From a virus: 64,000 bases of DNA. A model generated the notes under the pieces. That model worked only from the letters and a program-made list of their open reading frames with translations, ran no database searches and was not told the DNA's origin. Below are positions 29,844 to 39,280 of this stretch, piece after piece. The stretch is taken from the UHGV virus genome UHGV-0175639; one strand, written 5' to 3'. The translations under genes were made by a program, and so were the position numbers. The stretch's first letter is position 1. The number at the start of each line of letters is the position of its first letter.

Positions 29844-30497
29844 TTAAATCGTGTCGGAGGGCTTTTTACGCGCGTTACGCGCTGCGTTTATGCTTATGAC
29901 GCCAGCTTTTGGACGTGGGTCAACAAGGTTAAGCTCTTCTTCACTGTGGTATTCGAGGTCGAACTCACGTTTTACATGTCTGATGTAGATTGCGGTGAGC
30001 AGGCTATCTTTGGTTAGGAAGTGTCCGTAGGATTTGCGGATCACTTCTTCTACCTTCTCGATTTTCTCACCCCCCATACAGAGATGATTAAACCGGCTGT
30101 GTTTTCGCAACATTTCGTCTACTGGACCTGAGTAAACCTTGTCTACTTTCCCAAAACGGATGATTTTCCCTGTGTCTGCGGATACAAGGCAAATCAGCTT
30201 GTCTGGTGATAAACGATCTCGCCACGTCACACCTGAACGGAGTGTGTTGAAGTAGGGGGCATCCAATCCGATGATCGGTTTACGAAATGCGAGCAATGGA
30301 ACGTACCTGATGCAACTGTTTAAATGAAAATTCACACCAGCCTTATCAAGTTTAATTCTGGTTTCGTAGATCGGGCACTTCGCCGCTATACCGCAGATGT
30401 CACAAAGCAACTTCTGCTTATTCAGGTTGGAATTTGATTCGATAGTGTAGGAGCCGTCTTCAAGACGACGAACCCAGCGCGTGCGTTTTAGATCCAT
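29844..30497 (-). CDS. hypothetical protein, 217 aa
   Basis: ORF only. Confidence 0.5.
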   Translation of the reverse strand: MDLKRTRWVRRLEDGSYTIESNSNLNKQKLLCDICGIAAKCPIYETRIKLDKAGVNFHLNSCIRYVPLLAFRKPIIGLDAPYFNTLRSGVTWRDRLSPDKLICLVSADTGKIIRFGKVDKVYSGPVDEMLRKHSRFNHLCMGGEKIEKVEEVIRKSYGHFLTKDSLLTAIYIRHVKREFDLEYHSEEELNLVDPRPKAGVISINAARNARKKPSDTI

Positions 30498-30584
30498 ATG
30501 TCATTTTTCTGTGATTGTTAGCCGAGGCAACGATAACCCACCAGGTGCGCCGAAGGTAGTAAATGCCTGTTTTAATTATTCACA

Positions 30585-30660
30585 TATCCACAGGATAGAT
30601 CCTAATAAAGAGATCCATAGATAGATCCTTGTATAGATCAAATAAGATCCCCGATCGCTG
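30585..30660. promoter_or_regulatory. origin-like region: DnaA-box-like TATCCACAG plus a dense GATC cluster
   Basis: At least six GATC within about 70 bp just upstream of the repA iterons. Confidence 0.4.
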
Positions 30661-30697
30661 TAAGCCGCGCCACGACTGGTCTGAAGCCATGTTCATG

Positions 30698-30798
30698 TAT
30701 GCTACCAGCGGTAATTGATAGTCTGTCAACGGTTCGCCGTATGCTGCCAACTGTTTTTGGTATGCTGCCAGCGGCAAATCAAGTATGCTGTCAGCGGT
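30698..30798. repeat. iteron array upstream of repA (four copies, consensus TATGCTNNCAGCGGT)
   Basis: Copies at 30698, 30740 (degenerate), 30761, 30784. Confidence 0.8.
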
Positions 30799-30817
30799 TG
30801 AATGACAAAGGTGTCCA

Positions 30818-31913
30818 CATGTCCACAAAAAATAAAAAAGGTAAAAATAACAAAGAAGTAGAAGATAATCTCGACAACTTTGAAGAAGGTTCCCTTGAAT
30901 TGTACACAGGGGAACTTGTCCCTAATAGCAACAATACAGTCCAACCAATTGCGTTGATGCGGCTGGGGTTGTTCGTGCCCACGCTCAAGGGGACAAAATA
31001 CAGCAAGCGTAATAAGCCAAATGAGATCGATGCTTCAAAGGAGCTTGTTCAGCTCGAAGTAGCCCGTTCTGAAGGTTATTCCGATATCAAGATAACCGGT
31101 CCTCGTCTCGACATGGATCATGATTTCAAAACGTGGGTGGGCGTTGTGCGTTCGCTGGCAGAATACGGCGAACCTAACGGTCGTGTCGAGTTAAGCATCA
31201 CGAAATTTGCGAAGTTTTGTGGCTATCCATCGTCACAGATCCGCAAAACACTCCGCGACCGGCTTACAAACAGTCTTTTGAAGATCATGCGTACAACTCT
31301 GTCTTTTCAGAGAACGTATGAAGAAAAGAATGTCGACGGCTCTAACAAGATCTCGCTTCTGATGGTGCACCTCATCAATAGCGTGGACTACAACGAGCAG
31401 AAAGATACGGTGGTGTTCTATGCAGAACCGAAGCTGGCCGAACTATATCGCTTTGACCATAAGGTTCTTTTGCAGTTAAAGGTTATCAATAAGCTACCAC
31501 GCAAAGAAACAGCACAGGCTCTGTACACCTTCATCGAAAGTCTTCCAACCAAGCCTGCGCCGGTATCGCTTGCTCGATTACGTGCGCGACTCAATTTGAG
31601 TAGCAGGAATGTCAGCTCGCAGAATCAGACTATACGTAACGGCTTAAAAGCTCTCCAAGATTTGGGCTATCTCGAATACAGCGAGATTAAGCGAGGGCGG
31701 TCGATCTATATCCAGATTCACAGCCGCAATCCAAAACTCAAAGTCGCACCGCCAAAACCTGAAGACATCGAACCCAAAAAACCAGATGAGAAAGCTGGGG
31801 AAATTGATGCCAAACAGAACATTATCAACAAGATAACCGAACTTTCGCAGAATTTGACGCCTGAAAATATCAAGATGATTGAGATCCTTTCCAATAGTCT
31901 CAAACTGCTTTGA
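30818..31913 (+). CDS. repA: RepA-like replication initiator (iteron-binding)
   Basis: 365 aa from MSTKNKKGK; flanked on both sides by iterons; start of the longer tracked ORF rejected because it overlaps the iterons. Confidence 0.7.
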
Positions 31914-32445
31914 TATGCTGTCAGCGGTGAAATGTATGCTATCAGCGGCTATTTTTCTGAAAAGTATGCTGTGAACGGTTAAAGATATGCTACCAGCGGT
32001 ATAGTGAGATAAACGTATGCTGTGAGCGGTAAATCATCTATCACCACTCAATGCTCTGTCATACCTCCCCAGTGGTTACTAACCTCGAAGAGTGCATTCC
32101 ATATAGGTTTGCGCTCACTAACATTCTATTGCTATTGCGCTGATTGCTTGTAGTGAAAGGCATTTATTGCCTGCTGCTCCCTGATAGAACGTATGCTGTC
32201 AGCGGTGTTTTATTGAGGAATTTTTGTTTGGATATGCTATCAGCGGTAATTAATGGTATATGTCAGACCTTCGTATGCTGCCAGCGGTAATTTTGTTCTG
32301 GTTATACCCATACCGGTACACATTATTCATGCAATGTCTTAAGTATGCTGCCAGCGGTAAAAAATCGAGTAAAGTATGCTGTGAGCGGTGATATAGACTC
32401 TCGATATGCTATCAGCGGTAGTTGATTGTGTATGCTGTCAGCGGT
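31914..32445. repeat. iteron array downstream of repA (about 12 copies of the same 15-mer, irregular spacing)
   Basis: Copies at 31914, 31935, 31965, 31986, 32016, 32192, 32233, 32274, 32344, 32374, 32405, 32431. Confidence 0.8.
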
Positions 32446-32492
32446 GACGACTATGAAATATGACTGCGGAACGAGCCGCAGTCAGTTTGCAT

Positions 32493-32705
32493 TTAGTGTA
32501 TTTTCTTTAACAGACCCCAAAGTGTTCCGGCTTTTGTAGTCAGTTTTCCTGTTTCTGGATCGTACATACGCCATTCACGCCGCTGGTGGACGATATACCC
32601 ATCTTCACGTTCCAGACGCTCAAGAATGCCAGGCTGCTTGAAACCCTTAGCACGCCAGTAGCCGCTTGTTTTCTCGATTTCCAGACCTGCCAGTGTTAAT
32701 GCCAT
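32493..32705 (-). CDS. hypothetical protein, 70 aa
   Basis: ORF followed by hairpin GACTGCGG...CCGCAGTC. Confidence 0.4.
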   Translation of the reverse strand: MALTLAGLEIEKTSGYWRAKGFKQPGILERLEREDGYIVHQRREWRMYDPETGKLTTKAGTLWGLLKKIH

Positions 32706-33040
32706 TACCCAACCTCCTTGCAGTCATCGAAAAGGTAGCTTTGCTGAGAAGCGTGAACGCCATAAAAGCCCTTGTATTTGTTGTATACGAAGTGGTCTTC
32801 TCCGACGCCGGTTAATTTGCCATTACGATTTGTGAGATATGGGGATGACAACACTCGATCGTCACGCACAATATAGAACTGGTCGCCGCTGTCTACGACC
32901 ATCGCTCCATATGGTGCTTTTATGACGTCGGTAAGAGCGCCATTCTTAACGTCGGCTACAGACATTTCACACTGATAAACAGTGGTGTCGGCCACAACGA
33001 TCGAAGAAAGAAACAACAGCGCGAATGGGATGGTCTTCAT
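32705..33040 (-). CDS. secreted protein, 111 aa
   Basis: N-terminal signal peptide MKTIPFALLFLSSIVVA. Confidence 0.5.
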   Translation of the reverse strand: MKTIPFALLFLSSIVVADTTVYQCEMSVADVKNGALTDVIKAPYGAMVVDSGDQFYIVRDDRVLSSPYLTNRNGKLTGVGEDHFVYNKYKGFYGVHASQQSYLFDDCKEVG

Positions 33041-33216
33041 GCTGCCACCTCTTTGATTACATCAAATGCTGAATTAAATACGAGCACGATAGCCAAAGCG
33101 TTTATGACTACGTCGTGCACCGGGGAAAAGACTTTACGAATGACACCAGTGAAAATGCAGTCGATGACAAAAGCTATTGAAACGATGAGTAACAAGTATT
33201 CAATAAAAATCTTCAT
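33037..33216 (-). CDS. small membrane protein, 59 aa
   Basis: MKIFIEYLLLIVSIAFVIDCIF...; ATGA overlap with the downstream gene. Confidence 0.35.
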   Translation of the reverse strand: MKIFIEYLLLIVSIAFVIDCIFTGVIRKVFSPVHDVVINALAIVLVFNSAFDVIKEVAA

Positions 33217-33255
33217 GATAGGTAGATACTAACTTATATAAACTTTACTGTAAAC

Positions 33256-33531
33256 TCACTCAAAAGTGCTGATGCTTAAAATACGCTCAAGATGTTCAGC
33301 ATCTTCATTACTGATTTGTTGAGTCTCTTCTACGTACCAACAGTTGCCGTTATGCCAACAAACACCATCATCATCAACCATCACTGAATCAGCGTCATGA
33401 CCTGTATATTCAACAAGAGTACGCTGGATCAGCGCGTCAGTTTCTTCATCGTTAAGGCCATCGACTTTGACCATAAAAAGCGGAAACACGTCATAGACAG
33501 TGCTGGTAACGATTCGAACTAAAACTCTCAT
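33256..33531 (-). CDS. hypothetical protein, 91 aa
   Basis: ORF with conserved leader. Confidence 0.5.
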   Translation of the reverse strand: MRVLVRIVTSTVYDVFPLFMVKVDGLNDEETDALIQRTLVEYTGHDADSVMVDDDGVCWHNGNCWYVEETQQISNEDAEHLERILSISTFE

Positions 33532-33586
33532 GTGTTTTTCCTTTTGTGGTTAGTGTTTACTTATTTTGTTAGTTATGAATAGGCGA

Positions 33587-34012
33587 TCAATCTTCTTGGT
33601 TAGGGAAAAACTGTTCAATAACTCTGTCAACGGCTGTGTCTATATGGAGTAGATGCCACACAACCATATCTTTGCTTCCCATGCCTTGTGTGAATATCAC
33701 GTCATACTTACGCCATGCGCAGTGGAACCAATATGCTGAGTCATCAATTGGTAAATCCTCTCCCGCCTCTTTGAAGTATTTCAGCAGCATTGCCTGCTCT
33801 GCCGTTGGCGTTGGACCTATTTCCTGAGCGTACATACGGATGAATCGCTGCCAGTCTGTCTCGTCGGGGGTTGGATCTGGTGGGGTCATTTCTGCGATAG
33901 CGTTTCGTAGCTGATGCGCCCAATCAGGTTCAGGAAAGCCTTTTGCTACTTCATCATCAATAACATCCAGAGCCACGTTTGCGGCATCGTAGAGTTTCTT
34001 AATAACTGTCAT
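33587..34012 (-). CDS. hypothetical protein, 141 aa
   Basis: ORF with upstream AAACAAATTGTTT motif. Confidence 0.5.
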   Translation of the reverse strand: MTVIKKLYDAANVALDVIDDEVAKGFPEPDWAHQLRNAIAEMTPPDPTPDETDWQRFIRMYAQEIGPTPTAEQAMLLKYFKEAGEDLPIDDSAYWFHCAWRKYDVIFTQGMGSKDMVVWHLLHIDTAVDRVIEQFFPNQED

Positions 34013-34103
34013 GTTTTCTTATCCTTTTAAACAAATTGTTTTCTTAATAAGATAATTGCGATAAAAAAGGCGTCCAACTGGACGCCTGAACTTTTAAGGG
34101 GAG

Positions 34104-34934
34104 TTATTTCACTGTAATGAAAGGAGTGTTAGCCCCTTGAGTCATGTACTGCGGTAACTGGCCATTCCATTTATTGATGGCTTCCAGCTCCATAACGTTC
34201 GGGTTTTGACGCAGAGCTTCACCGCGCAGACGAATGGCGTCTGCTTCTGCTTGCGCACGAGCACGGATAGCATCAGCTTCACCATTAGCCTGTTCACGTA
34301 GCATATTCGCCTCAGCTTTACGCTGTTCAACTTCCTGCTGGCGTTGCAGAGTACGCTGGTTAGCCGTTACTTTGGCGTTGATAGATTCAATGACGGTTTT
34401 TGGGTAATCAGGCTTTCCAACCCATGACAGGCTCAGTACCTCAATACCAACCGGAGACATCTCTTTCTGAATGTCTTTCAGTGCGTTGTCCAGCAATTGC
34501 GCCTTACCACCGTCGATAAATGAGTCAGTGGTCATACGGCTGGCCAAACGGTTTAGAGAGTCGGCAATTTTCTGACGCAGATCTGATTCGGTGATATCGT
34601 CTACGCCTTTGCGATAGGTCTGGAACACCGTCGTTACCTTGTCACGATTAACCAGATACGCAACGCCAATTTTGTGACCAATAGCAGTACCGTCACTCAT
34701 CTGGAATGTGAACGGCTCGTCGTAGGTCTTCATTTGTTTGAAGGTCGGGAATACGTAAAGTTCGGTGTTAAGACCTGTCCATTGGCGACCAACGCCAACC
34801 ACTTCACCGATCCCTTTGTCTTCACCTAATTTGTTTACTTTGATGCCAACGTATCCAGGCTCCACGCGATCACAGCCAGTAAGACCCATTGTGCAAATAG
34901 CCGCCAGAGCAACTGCAAGTAAACCTTTCTTCAT
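34104..34934 (-). CDS. SPFH/band-7 domain lipoprotein
   Basis: Lipobox LTGC after signal peptide; SPFH-like core; C-terminal coiled coil rich in A/E/R/Q. Confidence 0.7.
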   Translation of the reverse strand: MKKGLLAVALAAICTMGLTGCDRVEPGYVGIKVNKLGEDKGIGEVVGVGRQWTGLNTELYVFPTFKQMKTYDEPFTFQMSDGTAIGHKIGVAYLVNRDKVTTVFQTYRKGVDDITESDLRQKIADSLNRLASRMTTDSFIDGGKAQLLDNALKDIQKEMSPVGIEVLSLSWVGKPDYPKTVIESINAKVTANQRTLQRQQEVEQRKAEANMLREQANGEADAIRARAQAEADAIRLRGEALRQNPNVMELEAINKWNGQLPQYMTQGANTPFITVK

Positions 34935-34937
34935 TAC

Positions 34938-35138
34938 TTATTTCCCCTTTGCTTTGATTAATGAGTTGATAAACTTACGACCAGCAATAAGACCGATTAC
35001 AGGAGCACCAAAACCAACGATAACTCCAAACATGACGGCTAAATCACTCTTGGTAGAAATCAGCGACGGAACCAGTAAACCGTAGATGAGAGCCACTGAA
35101 ACGCCTGTGGCTACTGCCAATAGATAGATTTTGATCAT
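34938..35138 (-). CDS. small membrane protein, 66 aa, partner of the SPFH gene
   Basis: Two TM helices; 4-nt spacing to the SPFH gene. Confidence 0.5.
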   Translation of the reverse strand: MIKIYLLAVATGVSVALIYGLLVPSLISTKSDLAVMFGVIVGFGAPVIGLIAGRKFINSLIKAKGK

Positions 35139-35230
35139 GTGTTTTCCTATGTGGTTGTTATGCGAAAATAATAAGTAAGTACTTATATATTTTCAAGAGA
35201 TAAAAAAGGCGTCCTGTGGACGCCTTGTGT

Positions 35231-36304
35231 TTACTCTTCTACTGACTCGGTGGGGTTGTCTTTTGCTCTTCGGTCGTCGATTGCCTGCAAAGCCGCAATG
35301 ATTTCAGCCAGTGGCTTCTCCCGATACATCTCGACGATCTGCGATTTGGTGTATTTCTTGTCACCAATTTCAACTCGCCCGCTGGCGTTCTTTGGCAGGT
35401 ATCCTTCTTCCAGCATGTACTCGACGAGCGATTCGATAACGTCGAGGCCACGAGTAGGATCGAAGTAGAATTTCCAGGTGCATTTGCCATACGGTGGTGC
35501 AACTTTGTTTTTGATGCATTCTGCGCCTACGTCCTGGCCGATCTTCTCTTTACCATCCTTCATCACCGATGCACCAAGACGGATACGTACAGAAGCGTAG
35601 AACTTCGGTGAATCTCCACCTGGCGACGTAGTAGGGTCGCCAAACATTACACCGATTTTTGTGCGAACCTGATTCAAGAAGATGATGCAGGCGTTGTATT
35701 TGCGTGCCCACAAAGCCAGAGTAGGGAAGTTCGCACTTGTCGCACGAGCCAGTGCCGTATTGTCGTTCATGTTTAGCTGATCTTTGTCTTTGGCAGTGCC
35801 TTCAGCCATCTTTTCGAACTTCTCGGCTTTGGAGTTCGGAACCATAGACGCAAGTGAGTCAGCCACGATACAGATAGGTGCTGATTCAGGGATAAGCTCT
35901 TCATCACGTACCAATTTAAGTATTGTGCCGATCAACTCTACAGAGTCTTCGAAGGTGTCAGGCTGCTTGTATACCCACTGACCGTCATCCTCATCTGCGT
36001 TCAGGCCATTGGCTACAGCCAGGCCAACGTCAAAACTGTTTTCATGATCGAGGAATACCGCCAGACCATCTTGTTTTTGAGCGGAGATCATCGCTGCTGT
36101 TGCAAGGAACGTTTTCCCTGCACTTGGAGGACCGAATACTTCGACGATACGACCACATGGGAAGCCGCCATCGTAACGACCAGAAATAGCTTTGTTTAAC
36201 GGTGGAAAGCCTGTATCAATCCAATGAGTTACTTTCTGAATTTCGTCGTTGCTACCGATTTTCTTTTTCAGAGCAAGTGCCAGTGCGGATTTTCCTTTTG
36301 CCAT
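35231..36304 (-). CDS. RecA/UvsX-family recombinase
   Basis: GRIVEVFGPPSAGKT Walker A in RecA-like context. Confidence 0.8.
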   Translation of the reverse strand: MAKGKSALALALKKKIGSNDEIQKVTHWIDTGFPPLNKAISGRYDGGFPCGRIVEVFGPPSAGKTFLATAAMISAQKQDGLAVFLDHENSFDVGLAVANGLNADEDDGQWVYKQPDTFEDSVELIGTILKLVRDEELIPESAPICIVADSLASMVPNSKAEKFEKMAEGTAKDKDQLNMNDNTALARATSANFPTLALWARKYNACIIFLNQVRTKIGVMFGDPTTSPGGDSPKFYASVRIRLGASVMKDGKEKIGQDVGAECIKNKVAPPYGKCTWKFYFDPTRGLDVIESLVEYMLEEGYLPKNASGRVEIGDKKYTKSQIVEMYREKPLAEIIAALQAIDDRRAKDNPTESVEE

Positions 36305-36306
36305 GA

Positions 36307-36579
36307 TCAGGCTCCTTTTGTTTCGTTGATTCGTTTTAAAGCGGCGGATTCATCGAATACAATCGCATCGTGGTTAAGGAGTCTGGATACACGAGCGAGG
36401 ATTTTTACGACCTGCTCGCTGACTAATCCAAACTCGCGATCTGTCGCTTTCATTCCGGCAGCGCCTAGAATTGACGGCAGTGCGATGACAGCGTACTCAC
36501 CGTGATAAAAGACAATCTCTTTTGCCAGTTGGGCAGGGGTGGTTGTAGCGCCATTGATAATCGATTTAAGCATTAGCAA
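36307..36579 (-). CDS. hypothetical protein, 90 aa
   Basis: ORF only. Confidence 0.4.
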   Translation of the reverse strand: MLMLKSIINGATTTPAQLAKEIVFYHGEYAVIALPSILGAAGMKATDREFGLVSEQVVKILARVSRLLNHDAIVFDESAALKRINETKGA

Positions 36580-37568
36580 TACCTTTCGAATGGAAGAACA
36601 AACACTTCAAGGTCTTCAAGGAACGAACGGAAATTCAGCTCGTAGCACAGTTGCTCGAATGCTTTCACGTCACGATTGCCTTTGATTGTTTCGATTTCGG
36701 TAGGCGGAAACTTCGTCTCAATCAGGTTCATTAGCGTGATGTTTCTCTTGAACGCTTCGAGCATTCGACAGCCTGTTTTCTCGTTGAAGGCATTCTTCGC
36801 TAGTTTGTTGAAGGCGGTCTTATGGCGTCCTTTGTCAACCACGATTGAGCCGTCGTTGATGCCGCGTACCATCGTTGCGACACTTCCCCATTCATGCAGC
36901 AGCTCTTTCGCACCGCCAGCACCAATGCCACCAACACCGCTAATGTTGTCCGATTTATCGCCTTGTAATGCTTTTGCTTCCAAAAATGCGCGAGGAGTAG
37001 CGAATCCTGTCAGCTCCGCAAATTGCTCAAAATTAACCTGCTTGTTTTTGGCGTCTTCGCGCAGGCTTACCCAGCTTACGTTTTCGCGAACTAACTGAAG
37101 CCAGTCGCTATCGCCTGTTAACAGATAGATGTGTTCAACGATTGGCTGCGGTGCAATGCTGGCTACCAGCAGCCCGGCCAGATCATCCGCTTCTGCATCT
37201 TTTGCAATGAGTTGGGTAACTCCAAGCGCGGTCATCATTTTGAGGATGTATGGCTTCTGGATAGCAAAGCCTTCCTTCATCTTTTTCATATCAGGATCGT
37301 CGTCGCGATTTGCTTTGTAGTCCGGGTAAAAGTCGCGACGCTTGTCACTAAATCCATCCCAAAGAATCATAGGTCGGGCATGGAGGATGGAGGCATAACG
37401 ACGGACGTTCTTAACAAAGCCGAAAGCAGCCTGTACTTCCATTTCGCCGTTGTGCAATTTGTCAGATTGTTGGTGGTAATAACCCAGGCTATTGCCATCT
37501 ACGAAGAGATAATTCACCGGTACATTCCTTCCAAAAAGTAAGGCGTCCGTAGACGCCTTACTGGTCAC
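36573..37568 (-). CDS. 5'-3' exonuclease / flap endonuclease
   Basis: PIN-like N-terminus (VDGNSL, EADD) and H3TH motif GDKSDNISGVGGIG. Confidence 0.8.
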   Translation of the reverse strand: MTSKASTDALLFGRNVPVNYLFVDGNSLGYYHQQSDKLHNGEMEVQAAFGFVKNVRRYASILHARPMILWDGFSDKRRDFYPDYKANRDDDPDMKKMKEGFAIQKPYILKMMTALGVTQLIAKDAEADDLAGLLVASIAPQPIVEHIYLLTGDSDWLQLVRENVSWVSLREDAKNKQVNFEQFAELTGFATPRAFLEAKALQGDKSDNISGVGGIGAGGAKELLHEWGSVATMVRGINDGSIVVDKGRHKTAFNKLAKNAFNEKTGCRMLEAFKRNITLMNLIETKFPPTEIETIKGNRDVKAFEQLCYELNFRSFLEDLEVFVLPFERYC

Positions 37569-37577
37569 GTAATGGGA

Positions 37578-38606
37578 TTACAGAGAGTCCAGCTCTCTCA
37601 GTAGGTCATCCAGACCTTCATCTTCCGTCGCAGATGCGGTTGCTACAGATGTCGCTGCGACTGCTTCAGACTCTTTGACTGATACGGCAACGGCAGCGGA
37701 ACTTGCCTCTGGTTTAAATTCAGTTTCAACGGCACGGAGGATTTCTTCATCAACCAGACTGGTTGGTTCAGAAGCTGGGGTGTGAGCGGTTGCTACAGCA
37801 GTCGCTCCTTCTGTATGACCAGTGACAGAGCCAAATCCAGGTAGTGCCGCAGCCGATGTTTTCGCGGTTGAGGAAATTGCTGGTGCAGATGCTGCGGCAG
37901 TTGGTGCAGCGATGCCAATCAGACGACCCATAGTGCGAACTGTCGACAGAAGACGAGTTTCATCAGCCTGATTTGCGTATGCGATCAGATCATGCTGGGT
38001 GTTCCAGAATTTATCTTCGATATCGCCTTTGTAGACTTTACGCTTAGGCGAGACGTCATATTTGGTATCGCGACCAGAGCCAGTACGTTTAATCAGGAAT
38101 GCGTAGCCTTCCTCTTTGCTCAGTGGATTGCCGATATCATCAGCGATGTCTTCGGTGATTGCTTTGCAGATATCATCGAATACAGTAGACGGCAGCTCGA
38201 TTAACTGGCATTTCTCAGCATCTGCGAAATCCTCACGAGCAGAAAGAATGCCGTTGACCAGGTAGCGAGGAGTGGCACGCATTTGACCGATGCGTTCTTC
38301 CATTGCTTTGTTACCCTTGTGACGAGCGCGACCTTCCATCACCATTTCGCATAGCTGACAAGCGCGACCGTGAGTATGTTGCTCACAAATATAAGCGTTG
38401 GTTGCTTCTTTACCTTCCTCGTTCTGATACTTAACGTAGTGCATACCGAAAGTCTGGAAGAACTTACCGTTTGGGTCGTCTTTATTCGGGAAGATGCGGA
38501 TATAGTTGACGCCGTCTTTTAAGCGAGTCAGATCAACGTTGTTACCACGTTTGGCGGCAATGTCTTCACGAGTTTTGTTAAGCAAATCAAGTAATGTCTT
38601 AGACAT
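37578..38606 (-). CDS. putative ssDNA-binding protein (gp32-like?)
   Basis: Zinc-binding cluster CEQHTHGRACQLCE, A/S-rich linker and acidic C-terminal tail; position beside recombination genes. Confidence 0.5.
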   Translation of the reverse strand: MSKTLLDLLNKTREDIAAKRGNNVDLTRLKDGVNYIRIFPNKDDPNGKFFQTFGMHYVKYQNEEGKEATNAYICEQHTHGRACQLCEMVMEGRARHKGNKAMEERIGQMRATPRYLVNGILSAREDFADAEKCQLIELPSTVFDDICKAITEDIADDIGNPLSKEEGYAFLIKRTGSGRDTKYDVSPKRKVYKGDIEDKFWNTQHDLIAYANQADETRLLSTVRTMGRLIGIAAPTAAASAPAISSTAKTSAAALPGFGSVTGHTEGATAVATAHTPASEPTSLVDEEILRAVETEFKPEASSAAVAVSVKESEAVAATSVATASATEDEGLDDLLRELDSL

Positions 38607-38723
38607 GTGTTTCTCCTTGTTGTGATTTGGCCGATGGCGCTATGCGCGTTGGGCTTTCGTTCATTCGTGGCTCTTTCGAGCTGTTAAATAATAGATCAGT
38701 ACATACTTATTATCTATCAAAAA

Positions 38724-39155
38724 TCAACGGGGAGTAATAAAGCGTTCAGAGCCTAATCGCTCTAATTCAACGATGGCCATCTTTGACGCCTGAACGATCA
38801 TGTCTCGGCGATGCGAAAAGGCGGCGACAGCATGTTTGTATATGTCTGCGATGTGCCGTGCTTCATCCAACTTCTGCCGTTTAGACAGATACTGTGGGTT
38901 TGTTTTAACCTTAGCGTCCAGTACAGATTCGTTGAACTTAATGCCGTTCATACTCAAGTTCTTACGCTCTGTGTCGTATAGCTTTGCTTCAACAGCTTCA
39001 AGGTTAAGTTTTGCCTCTGCGACACTTCTTTCTGCATGAGCGAGTTTTGAGCCATACTCCATTAAAAGGCGGGGTTGTCTACGCCAGACTTCCTCCAGAT
39101 TGTCTCGGTCAAACTCGAGATCAGACATTATTTTCTCGTAAATATCGGTGATCAT
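38724..39155 (-). CDS. hypothetical coiled-coil protein, 143 aa (possible recombination mediator)
   Basis: Size and position resemble UvsY-like mediators; no firm motif. Confidence 0.4.
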   Translation of the reverse strand: MITDIYEKIMSDLEFDRDNLEEVWRRQPRLLMEYGSKLAHAERSVAEAKLNLEAVEAKLYDTERKNLSMNGIKFNESVLDAKVKTNPQYLSKRQKLDEARHIADIYKHAVAAFSHRRDMIVQASKMAIVELERLGSERFITPR

Positions 39156-39280
39156 GTGCTTTCCTTTTTACTTATCATCTTATATTGATTATATCATTGT
39201 GATGATAAGGCAAGGAGTTCGAGGATAGGGGATATGAGGGGATAAGAGAAAACATGGCCATAGAGGCCATGTTTATGGGA

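Noticed and set aside
30699-30817. Upstream extension of the RepA ORF as given in the ORF track
   Set aside because: The extension overlaps the upstream iterons; the internal start MSTKNKKGK just after the last iteron is the natural start.
31914-32445. CRISPR array
   Set aside because: Repeats are only 15 bp, irregularly spaced, present on both sides of a RepA gene and with no cas genes; they are iterons.
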